A stretch of DNA of 64,000 bases. Source: Balanoglossus misakiensis (taxonomy: Eukaryota > Animalia > Hemichordata). The position numbers were made by a program, and so were the translations under genes. The first letter of the stretch is position 1. Each line of letters begins with the position of its first letter. The stretch covers positions 11,855,477-11,919,476 of the forward strand of contig CM082593.2 of assembly GCA_040954595.2 (NCBI GenBank), written 5' to 3'. Of this stretch, positions 52,832-64,000 are shown in pieces. The notes below the pieces were generated by a model, which was not told the origin of the DNA, did no database searches, and was given only the letters and a program-made list of their open reading frames with translations.

Positions 52832-55800
52832 ATATACATGTGACTGCAGTGTCTTTCCAATCATGAATTTGCAAGGTGTCCTTCGGAGAAAATCTTCTGA
52901 TTCTCTTTTCTGATTTGCTTTGCATATATGACTTAATGATCTCATTTGTTGGAATTCCCTGTCCCAAATTTTTGATGATCAGTCTCTGCCCCATTGCTCA
53001 TCGTCCCAACTTTCTTGTGTATTGAAAACCAGGAATCAACCAATGCGATCCCAATCCGTGCTTGAACAGTGGTTTCTGCCAGATGACATCTGGATCATGT
53101 GAACTGTACACATGTTTCTGTCAGAATTGTTTTCACTGGTGACCTTTGTGAACAAAGTAAGTTTTGATTTATTGTCTTGGGATAATAATTTATACAGTTT
53201 AAAGTATCACCATTTCTTTCAATATGTAGATTTTTTGTTTTTCTCTACAAGTGTAATCAAGATCTGCATGAAAATTTGTGTCGCTGTCACCGAACCCAGC
53301 TAGTCCATACAACCAACAGTATGAATCACCACCTCATGCTGGGCGTAGCCATAGGCTATACATGCCTGCCGGTATCGAAGGCCATTATGAGTATTGGTAC
53401 CAGACCCCTCTTGAGAATGAATCATGGTTCCACCCTTATGGTAAAAAGTAAGATTACTCCATGCTAATAAATAACAATATTAGAATGAAAGTACATTCCA
53501 AGTGACTTGTTGGGAGTATCGGGCCACTTAATCCCGAAAAATTGCAATCAGCCTGATTTTCAGTTAACCAATCTAAAGCCCAACTTTTCGTGTATTTAGT
53601 TGGGTTTCTAAAACTAACAAATTTTTTGACAATATTTATGGCATGATGAACACTACTCTCATTAAATAAAATAATGTTGTGTCGTCCACAACAGGTGTAA
53701 TTTTTATGTGTTTGGAATCGTAGACACCATTTATCTTTTAGTCAACTCTAAATCTAATATAACAGTCGCGAAAATTGCTATGACAAACAAAAAATGAAGT
53801 GCTGACAGGGGACACCCTTGTCAGATCCCTTTGGATGGAGAACATTTAGAGAAGACATTGCCATTTTTCAAACATCTAGTATGTGATTATACATAGTTTT
53901 AACCCTAACGCTGCCAAGTCAGTTTGATATCCAGGGTGCCTAGAATCCTGGCTCCCAGGCCTGTTAGGCTGCCAAGGGCGTGTTACGCAGTAGGGCCTAT
54001 ACAAGACCCTCAAACCAAACCAGAGCAAACCAGTACGATTTAGTACATTTAAGGGGGGTTTAGACTGCCAAGTGTGTCTAACATATGAGAGCCATGGCAA
54101 GACAGTCAAAATACGTTTAGGAAGAAAAAATGGCAAATACATACTTTAAGGCACTCTAAACAGGTATGACACCTAGTAGCATTAGGGTTAAAATATAGCT
54201 GCAAGCCAAAATGGTCATCTGAGGTCACCCGAAATTTGGGCAAAATTTTTTGACCCCATACTGGTCCAGGTCCATCAGAAACAAAACCTTCAGCCCTATT
54301 GGTTCGCCTGGAATTAGGTATGCACATAATTAATGAGTTAAGCAGTTGTACAGGTGACCTCAAAATTCGGCTTTTCATTTTAGTCCCATCCCTGGAAATG
54401 CTAGGCTGTACCTGCTCTGGAGGCCGAGATATGAGAAAGTAGATCACCTGAGGTCACCCAAAATATTATGGAAAAAATTGGACCCCACACTTGTCCATGT
54501 CCAACAGAAACAAAACCTCTAGCCCTATTGGTAAGCCTAGAATTAGGTATGCACATAATTAATTAGGTCAAAGGTCAAGGGGTAACAAGTACATGTGTAT
54601 GCTTCATCCCACCAAATATGAAGTCTGTCGGTCTAATAGTAACGTACTTATGAGCATTTATGTTATATATAGTTCAAAGGTCACCGAGGTCACGAGACAT
54701 TGCGGCGAAATGATTTGGTCCAATAGTTGTACCTGTCCACCAAAAATCAGCTCCCTATGTGTATTAGTTAGCGTAGAAGTAGATATGTGTTTTTCAAGGT
54801 GGGTCAAAGGTCAAGGGGTCACCCGAAATTTGGCTTCTCATTTCGGCCCCTTGGTCAGTCCCTGTTCACTCCATAAATGGAGACGTGTTCTGCGCAACCG
54901 CAGTACGTGTAACCTCGTGAACTCAGATGTGCACATGCGTACAGCAGTCCCTGTTCACACCATAAATGGAGACGTGTTCTGCGCAACCACAGCTGGACCT
55001 GTGAAAGATTAAATCCGATCGACATATTTAGTTTCCGTATATTATATTGACCAATGCAGACTAAGTCTAATAGAATTACTACATGTAGTATATCGTGTAT
55101 AATACACACGTTTGGCAATATTGCACTTTGAGTGTTAGATGCAGACGTGTATACCCGATCTAAATTTCCGACCTACACATGTACATGTATCACTGTTCAC
55201 ATGTACATACACCGTAACTGCGTTCTGAAAATGACATGGTATTTTCAAAATGTTACCCCAGATTACCCCATCATGTGAGAGCCATGAAACTCACACCCAT
55301 TGTCCAGCAGTAGTTAGTTGACTATCCTATTCACTCAAAACAAAAAGAACGGGTGTGAAAAAGTCACTAAAACAGCATTGATACAGAGGTGTATAACACT
55401 GTCCATGATTTCAAGAGAAAAACATGAACACAGCCCAGTCACTGTATGTGGCGATATCTTTCTAAGTATTTCACTCAACTTGTACAGACGATGCCATGCT
55501 GTCTTCTGGAATGTGCTGGTAACGTCACACATCGAAACATATTGATGATGCCCTTCCCTGCGGCTCGGGCATCATCAATATTATTAAGGTCAAAGATCAC
55601 CATCCCTTGTGCAGGCAAAAGATCATGATATTGCCCTCGCTAACATGTGTTATTATTTAAATACGATGTTGTCATAGCTTTACTATGCGGGTATAGTAAA
55701 GCCTATGCCTTGGTCCAGACCCCCCATGGTCAATGAAAAAATATGAAATATAATGATCAAAAATCTTCTTCTCAAAATCGGCATACCCTAATTTGAAAAT

Positions 55801-56497
55801 TTCGCCCTTATATGGTCATCAGGTCACTTGACTAATTTAACATTCACGGACGTACTTCACCAGATCTCATTGGCCTGCATCATTGTGCCATATTTGAGAA
55901 TTGTAGGTTTAGCCGTTTTCAAGATCCTAGTGGCCGATGAAAGTGCCAAAGAAGAAGAAAAATGCCAGCAATACCAATAGGGACCCCGCCCATAGAGGCT
56001 TGGGCCCCTAATAAGTTAGTTGTAAAGTTATTACTGAGCTTGAATTTCACTAGCGACTAAAAGTAAACAAAAACTGATGGTCAAAGTATCACAAGCTTTA
56101 TTTTGGTTTGATGTAGGATGTAATATGCTTATAGCACACTGCCAAATTAATGCCAACCAATAAGACCGGTAGGATATGATCGAAAACCACACGTATTAAT
56201 GTGTAAAAGGCCGAACTTCCCAATAAATTTGGGTAGCCGACTACAGACAGAGTCGAACCGATGCATGATCTGAAGTATCAAGACACATGGACTATTATTT
56301 ATTGTTTCAACAATTTGACTAAAGTTTATAATTTCCTATGGCAGTTTTTGCCAACAAGAACCAATGCCCGACCAAACAAAATGGACATTTTCACATGATC
56401 TTTACTGAGGTCACAAGTTAGCCAAGCCCTCATACACGCGCTATTCGGACGTATCGGTGATCTGTTTATGTGTTTAGCTAAGGTGGTAAACTGTTCA

Positions 56498-57392
56498 TCA
56501 ATCAATCAATCAATCAAAAGGACTTATAGAGCACCAAACTCCACTGCAATAGTGTTCAATAGCGCTTTACAATGTAAAGTTACTGTAAATGGGCTCTGTT
56601 AAACAGATAAGTCTTGATGTGTTTCTTGAAACTGTCAAGGCTAGGTGACTAGCATACTTCTATTGGGACACTGTTCCAAATGAGTGGGACGATATACGAA
56701 AAAGCACGATCGCCGTACGTTTTCTTCTTACTCCATGGTACATGAAGTAGAAATTTGTCATTTGAACGAAGAAGTCTTGTTGAAGTTTTCAGATGGATTA
56801 AGTCAGAGATGTAAGCTGGTGCTGTGTTGTTTAATGCCTTATATGTCATAAGCAAGATCTTGTATTGGATTCTATAGTGTACAGGCAACCAATGTAAATC
56901 CATGAGAACAGGAGTAATATGATCCGTTTTACGGGTACGAGAAACGATCCTGGCTGCAGAATTCAGGGCATGCTGTAGCATGCATGATGATGGTAAACCA
57001 CAGAGTAGTGCATTACAGTAGTTCAGTTTTGATGTGATTAGAGCATGAACCAGCATCTGGCAAACTTCCTTAGTGAGGTAACGGCGAATGTGGCTGATTT
57101 GACGCAGATGGAAGAAAATTGACTTGCAAATTGCATTAATGTGCTTATTGAAAGTGTAATTGTCGTCGAATGTCACACCTATATTCCGTGCAGAATTCAC
57201 AATTTGAACACAACATGATCCAATGCTCATGTGGTTTATGGGACGAGGCGAGCGGTTGAACTGAGACCTTATCAGGAGTACCTCGGTTTTGCCACCATTG
57301 AGTTGAAGTTTATTATGTGTCATCCAGGTTTTTATTTCGTGAACTGCACTTTCCAGTTAAATATCGCAACTAGCCATAATGTTTGACTGGGG
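56498..57392 (-). mobile_element. L2/CR1-clade LINE fragment, copy 3
   Basis: ORF 56649..57323; (TTGA)n tail. Confidence 0.9.
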
Positions 57393-57639
57393 GGAGCACC
57401 TATACTAATGCGAGAACCAGGGATTGAAAGTTGCACCTGTGTTTTGATCCCTTAGTTACCCTTATAAGTACATTTGTAGTTTAATAACCATAGTTCTATT
57501 GCAAACCATTCTTTCCGTAGTTTCTTGTTTCAAATATTGTAATCTGAATTTATTTTGGTGTTTAACAGGTGTGATTATCTGTATTGGCGGCCATTTTGAA
57601 AAAAAATGGTTGACATGGAAACTCTTCAACAGATATTTA

Positions 57640-58066
57640 TAGTCTCGGTTACCCAGAGCCCTCTGCTTCTTCCGTTAGGCACTCCAGAAAGAGGGTCTGG
57701 GGAAACCCGGTAGACAAATCGCCGGGCGGAATCGGGACAGCTGCGATGCATGACGGGAGCTTAATATTCCAAAATGGCGACGTCCTGCGCGCGAACCTCA
57801 CGGCCGACATGTATGTCATACGATAAAGAAAACATGCTGAGTAGTGCTAGACCTGCTAAAACTGTCTACAAATTGAAAAGAGAGAGAGAAGTTTGGTTAA
57901 TAGTTTTCTAATATCGTCATATCATAATATCGTACCGAATATTAAGCTCCCGTCATGCATCGCAGCTGTCCCGATTCCGCCCGGCGATTTGTCTACCGGG
58001 TTTCCCCAGACCCTCTTTCTGGAGTGCCTAACGGAAGAAGCAGAGGGCTCTGGGTAACCGAGACTA
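57640..58066. mobile_element. AcademH-like MITE, copy 3
   Basis: Same TSD; the TIR mismatch seen in copy 2 is absent. Confidence 0.85.
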
Positions 58067-58688
58067 CAGATATTTAGTGACTCGCTATCTGAATTCGTTC
58101 AGTACACATTAACACACATCTGAGCCAAGTTTGGTGCTTTTATCACAAAATACACAATTGATATGAAAATTTGGGTTTTGGTGCTCCACTACATATTAAG
58201 TAACATGAAGGATGTACGTTCAGTAAAATTGAAAGTATTGTCATTTTTTTTAATTGTGGATTTTTTTATTCTCCTTTGTATGTATAATGAAAATCCGTAA
58301 TAAAATATAGGGGTCACCGGGCTTGTTTTTGAAATACAGAGCCATGAATTTGGTCGATAATAGAAGAAATCTGCTGACTCAGCATTTTTCACCAATGGTT
58401 TGTCTATGGGCAAAATTCTTAACGCAATTTATCTCAAAAAAGAGCGCGGTGACCCCTATATTTTATTTGACCAATGAATTTATATTTGCTGGACTGAGCT
58501 ATGTGTAAAATTTCGTGAAAATGACAATAGTAGAAGTTTGTTTTCTGGCGATTATCAATGTAATCCTATGGGAAAAAGACCGGGCGCGCAGTGTTTCAAG
58601 TTTATGTTCTGCGCGTACATCCTTGATGAAGTTTGCTGGCTAAAGGGCTCTTAAACCTCCCTAATATTTGACGTCTTTACTCCTACAG

Positions 58689-59905
58689 GACTGCGCAGTT
58701 GGAAGTTACCGTTCAGCATGTTCTGAAGCATGCACGCTGTGTCCAAGGGTTTCATGTGTGGAACAGCCAGCCTCTCATCACCAACACAATGCGGACAGGG
58801 ATATTTTGCCAACAATGGAAGTATAGACTGTACGCCTTGTCCTGCCCTGGGTATAAGTGCCAATATGATGGTATGTCGGAGCCAGAGGTGTGTGAAGATG
58901 GATACTACACTAATATAAATGGTGAGTCCGCACTTAAAGTTTGGGCATTACTGTGTAATCTTCCACTTAGGCGGACGATCATCTTATGTGCATGTGCCTA
59001 ATTCTGTGCGTACAAACATTATGTCCAGTCCAAATATTCTGCCAATTTTACATCCAATGCATTCAAATAGTGGACTGCTTCGCTTTCATCCAGTTTTCAT
59101 GTGCATCGTATAAGTAGACTTTTGTTTTGTCCCGTCTTTTCACTGAATTTGCTTTTTTCCAAATCTCCGACACAGACTATGATCGTCACATTCTTGTCTG
59201 TTGTTAGAACAGCACACTGCCATATGGCATTGACTGTATACAGTTTCTGTTACGAATATCTCTGGTTTGGCATTTTCCTGTCCTCAATCTTTTGCCAGGG
59301 ATTTATGTCTCCCCAACCCGCGTGAGAATCCCACGTCTTTGAAGGTATGACTGTGACTATAAGATTCTATAAATCTCTGTTTATTTTCAGCACAAACATC
59401 ATGTGCTGATTGCCCAGCTGGTAACCATTGTCCAAATGGTAACACTGTGATTTTATGCTCGGCTGGTTATTACAGTTCGGCCTTGGACAAAGGATGTCTC
59501 GCTGTACCTCTTGCATAACAGGTAAACTTCTACCCACCCACCTTTATTTCCAACATCAAATTTGAATAGACCTCTATTTATGAAAATAATTAAAATTTGC
59601 GCCAATTTTTTACAGTGGTATTCAAAGGTTAACTTGGTGTGTAAATTCTTTGTTTGATTTACAGATCAGCCGGTGCTGAACAGTGTACTATTTGTGAGCA
59701 AGGGTACGCCTGCACAGATCCCAGTGCATCGCAATTCAAGTGTACTAAGGGTTACGTGTCATTGGCTGGTGCAACAAACTGTACCAGATGTACAAATGGT
59801 AAGATTGTGGTACTTGTTCAGTTTGCTGTGTGATGAAACTGAGGGGTATGTGTGTATGCATGTATGTGTTTACAACAGATTTTCAAGTCAGTGCGACTGG
59901 GGTTA

Positions 59906-59937
<32 letters not shown>

Positions 59938-60379
59938 TACAACAGATTATCAACTCAGTGCGAGATCTTGCGAGACCCGGTTAGCCATGTGAGATCTCGC
60001 AGAGTCTTATGATATTCAGAAAATGGTTGATTAGAAATGACGTTTAATGTCCTCCAAAGAATTTTCTACATGCCTGTATACTTGTCTCAGAATTATGAAG
60101 TGAATCATCTCAAGTAATTTGTTATTTTAAATGACACTGTATCACAAATACTTCACTAAAAACCTCATTTTCTTTAATCAGATGAAATAAGTGAGGAGCC
60201 TGCACGCACATCCCGTCTTCTGTGCCCTGCTGGACAATCGTGTTCAGATTCAATGTAAGATCCGCTTGACTGTAGCAATGGTGAATATGCTATGGAAGGC
60301 GACGGCACATGCACGCCTTGTCCAGCAGGATCCAAGTGTCCAACCATGTCACCCGTAGTTGATTGTTCAACAGTTACTG
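58689..60379 (+). pseudogene. Cysteine-rich repeat exons, copy 3
   Basis: Exons 58689-58921, 59391-59521, 59665-59798, 60182-60379; same lesions as copy 2. Confidence 0.78.
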
Positions 60380-62277
60380 GTAAGTTGGGCTGCAAATCAC
60401 TCTTGTGACTTCCCTGTGTTATAGCTTGACATACACAGAAAATTAAACTGTTATGCTCATTGGAGTTGATATTGTGATGCACTTTGAAAAACACAATGAT
60501 TCCACTGAAGAGGTATTGTACAGTAACACCTGTGATTACGGACATCTCTCTAATAAGGGATCGTTGGACCAAACCAATCGTTCTTTGAATTTTTTCTGTG
60601 ATAGGTTCATACTCGCTAGGTTCGGCCACGTCCTTCTGGTTATGAATGCATAACTACAAGTGTCACACAGTGCGCTACAGGGCAGTAAAGTGTTGAAGGA
60701 GGTAAGTCTTGAAATCTCTTTTCTTCTGGTCTCGATTTGAACATGGTTCCACAAGTTGTTTACATCACTTGTAGTTTTACATATTTTTTGAGTTCAACAG
60801 CTATGCTATACATGGTGTCCTGAGAAGTCGACCAGTATGAGAAGTCGGTATCGGCCAGTACGAGAAGTCGGCCTGTGGGAGAGAACCCTGGTACTTTGTG
60901 TTATATATAACTGTTTCACTACGAAATGTTTCCTTGATGTACAGGAGCTGAGATATTTGTACAAATAGCCGATGAATTTTAAAACTGTCTGTTCACTTTG
61001 CATGTACGTCACCGGGGTACGTCAACATCAGTCACCTGCACTTCTTGCGCTGCGCCAGTAGTCTGTTCCTCGTCACGTTTGTTTGTTTGGTTTTGTCTCA
61101 AAGTATGAATATACACATACACCTTCTATGTATTTTAGTAGGCTTTGAAACAACTCCCTTTAATCAGAAATGTCACAGGAATTTGGCGAACAACCTAAGC
61201 TCCTTACGCGGATACGGGGCTGGCGAACCGGTACGGATGCCAGACGCCATTATTTGAAATGACGCCATTGTGTTGTCAAGAATTTGGGAAATCCGTCCAA
61301 ATGAAAATATTTAGTGCAATTATATTTTATTAAGTGTTGTTATATGTAATCTGGGTCATCACTGCACTATTCGGGTACAAGTTCAACAACTGGCCGACTT
61401 CTCGTACTGGCCGACTTCTCATACGCGCGTACTGGCCGACTTCTAATCTGGCCGACTTCTCAAGTATTCCTATACATTAGTGAAAATTGGGGAAACTGGT
61501 GTTTTCAGACAACTTATGAAGTCCCTTTCGCAATATTAACTCTAAAACAGCGGGTGATTTCCTTTTAAAATTTAACCAAATAAGCATACTTGGGGTCAAC
61601 CATCTAGAGTTTTGAAAAAGTGCCCTTTATCTAGCACCTCTGTCAGATTTTGCCAGGCTCGTAGATTTTTGTAAAATGGCCTCAAAAATAAGAATTTTGG
61701 GAGGTTTGTCATATTTTTTCACCATTGTAGAATCTAAATGTTCTGAATTATTTTATTTTTAGCAATTTTGAGATTGATTCATGTTCGGTATGATAATCGC
61801 ATGTCAATACAACTGTTACATTAAAGGAAAAGTTCAAATCCGCCTAAAACCACATTGCATTGGTACCTAGTTAAGTTGTCCTCACTTTTGACGCAAAATT
61901 TTGATGTGCAATGCACGTGTCTGTGAAATTGACGAATAAAAAAATTGTATACCAGTGCAAAATTAAAAACTCCCTGTGCAGCCTTCTTGGCAACTGCATG
62001 CTGGGAAAAGTACTCGGATGATGACAAAAAAGTTTTGGGGTTCCGTGTAGTGCTACCCCGGAATACAATGTTGGGTGCAGACTACAACTTTGGAAAAGAG
62101 ATGCAGAATGTCATGTGATATAGTAGTGAAAACAAATACACGTTGGTTCACGTATTTCAGCTCTCAGCAATCAGGGTGCATTGAAAGGCCTTGATTGGTG
62201 TGATATTCACAATTGATGATTATAAATACTTGCAGTTGTATACTGTTTTATTTTGTAAATATTGTGTACATTTGCAG

Positions 62278-63667
62278 CAATGAATCCGTGCGAACACAAA
62301 CCTTAACCCATGCCGGAATGCTGGTACTTGCCAAGCAATCCAGGGATCTTGGACAGGCGTCACATGTCAATGTGCTGGCTGCTACCTGGGCTTCACATGT
62401 GAAACACGTGAGTACAGTACTTTGTCATTTATTAAAAAATCTAAGTGCTGAGGTACATTGTAGTAATAATAGCAGGTGTAGTCATTATCATCATCATCAT
62501 CATCATCATCTTTAAGTCAGTCAGTATGATCGGTAATAAAAACAGTAAAATCACCAGTATAAAAATATAACAGAGAAATAATGAACGTGTACTGGTGTTA
62601 CCATAGGTAAGTGTTGTATAAAATTTTGAATTCCTGTCTTCCAGTTCCTAATCCATGCTTCAATAGTCCTTGTCTCAATGGAGGTACCTGCCAACAACAG
62701 GCAAATTCTTGTACTGCCACCATTGGCATGTGCACAGAGTGTTACTAGGGAACCAGGTGTGAGACAAGTAAGTTTGAATCTATAGCAGTTAATAATGATA
62801 ATTATCATTTTTTATTATGATTTAAACTTCACTGATGTTGTACAAACACAAAAATAGAAGTATTAATAATAATAATAATTTATTTGTATAGCGTCAGTAT
62901 CCACAAAAAATGTGATCAATGACGCTTAAAGCAAAAGTACAATACAACAAATGGCTAAAAAACAGATTTAAAAAGTAAAGTTTTAACATTTGATTTAAAA
63001 ACAGATAAGTCTGGTGCCTGGCGAATGGTGAGTGGAAGATTATTCCAAAGAATTGGAGCAGCAACAGTAAAAGCACGATCACCATAACTCTTGGTGCGTG
63101 ATCGAACAGGGCAGAGTTTGTACTGATCAGCTGACCTTAAATTGCGACACGGAACATATAGATTAGTCATGCTAGAAAGATAGATTGGACCAAGTTTATG
63201 AATGGATTTAAAAATGAGAACTAACATCTTAAAAACAATACGCTCTGTAACAGGTAGCCAGTGCAACTGATACAAAATTGGAGTGATGTGACAGGTGATT
63301 GAACGAGTAACAATTAGAAAGGGACAGCAGCTTAGCTCTATTCCGTTTCCAAAGTGTTTGTTCTTTTAAACTACCTGTGCATTTTTTTTATTTATTCTGA
63401 TTATGCTAATATGCTAATTTCTTGGTTTGTCACATCACAATTTTTGTAGGAAACTCACCCCTGGGAATTTTTTTCAGCCACTTACATACATTCATAATCA
63501 CATGACATTGATGATCATGGAAAATTTGACCCTTTTCCTTGTAGGACTCAACCAGTGTCCACCAAATCCGTGCCAGAATGGTGGCTTCTGTCAACCGGCT
63601 CGAAATTCCTGCTTTGATCTCACCTGCATATGTACTGGTTGCTACAAAGGTGATAGGTGTGAGATAT
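62278..63667 (+). pseudogene. Multi-EGF-repeat gene fragment, copy 4 (first three exons)
   Basis: Exons 62278-62407 (frameshift), 62645-62767 (TAG), 63545-63667 (intact). Confidence 0.85.
62862..63318 (-). mobile_element. L2/CR1-clade LINE 3' end, copy 4
   Basis: ORF 62955..63275. Confidence 0.88.
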
Positions 63668-64000
63668 GTAAGTATACAGCGCAGTCTCTTTTACCTTTTG
63701 TCTCTGATGCATTCAAATACTGCATGTTTCCTGAACATAGGTGTAGCCATCACCACAGCAGAGCTTGGAGCGTTCTTGACATCGAATGCAAGATTACACT
63801 CTTCCCAATCAAAATCACTTTCGTAGCGCATAATGTCTTGATTGTCTTAGTTCAAGAAACATTATGCGCGACTGGCCAATTTTACTGCCTTTTGTCAACA
63901 CACATCCACTATGGAAATTCTCACTCCAGGCCAGATAGTGTAAATTTGCATATGAGTCTACAGGTATGCCTGAAGTCAAGTCAAGCATTTGCAAGGAACC

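Larger units (their letters stand above)
42564..53156 (+). pseudogene. Multi-EGF-repeat gene fragment, copy 3 (14 exons)
   Basis: Exons 42564-42693, 42931-43053, 43831-43953, 44508-44622, 45438-45560, 45873-45989, 46381-46503, 47078-47200, 47595-47714, 48010-48132, 48517-48633, 49081-49203, 51143-51258, 53033-53156. Confidence 0.88.
42072..61785 (+). repeat. Tandem segmental duplication, copy 3 (19714 bp, most complete exon set)
   Basis: Colinear with copies 1 and 2; keeps an extra EGF exon (45438-45560) and the longest Gypsy relic. Confidence 0.97.
61786..64000 (+). repeat. Tandem segmental duplication, copy 4 (partial, runs off the window)
   Basis: Matches the start of copy 3 including its diagnostic indels (longer CAT run, ctgtgcatttttt, gattgaacgag). 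Confidence 0.96.

Noticed and set aside
1-64000. Tandem copies as a pure assembly artefact
   Set aside because: The copies differ by many structured indels, private insertions and SNPs forming at least three distinct versions. Partial haplotype duplication cannot be fully excluded without reads.

Overview
AT-rich eukaryotic (animal, probably marine invertebrate; host is inference) genomic DNA with no prokaryotic genes and no intact complete protein-coding gene. The whole window is a head-to-tail tandem segmental duplication (marker cagtatgataatcgcatg at 1, 23293, 42072, 61786; periods 23292, 18779, 19714 bp, then a partial fourth copy). Each unit carries a decayed + strand multi-exon gene fragment: up to 14 phase-1/phase-1 exons of ~117-123 bp, each encoding an unusual 8-cysteine EGF-like module, and up to 5 exons of a CPxGxxCP cysteine-rich (ephrin-receptor-like/GCC2_GCC3-type) repeat. 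Many stops, frameshifts and splice lesions are shared by all copies. Introns are full of transposon relics: L2/CR1-type LINE 3' ends, a Gypsy gag-protease relic, and P-, piggyBac-, Kolobok-, AcademH- and Crypton-like non-autonomous elements. The most striking structure is at 3078-9973, present only in copy 1. Five hairpin 5' heads of non-autonomous Helentron (HINE/Helitron2-type) elements are stacked together and followed by five headless bodies. This reads as a five-deep Russian-doll nest in which each element inserted ~55-60 bp inside the previous one. A solo sister element at 1081-2558 and the empty sites in the other copies support this reading. Superfamily labels come from terminal structure only; no database search was run.
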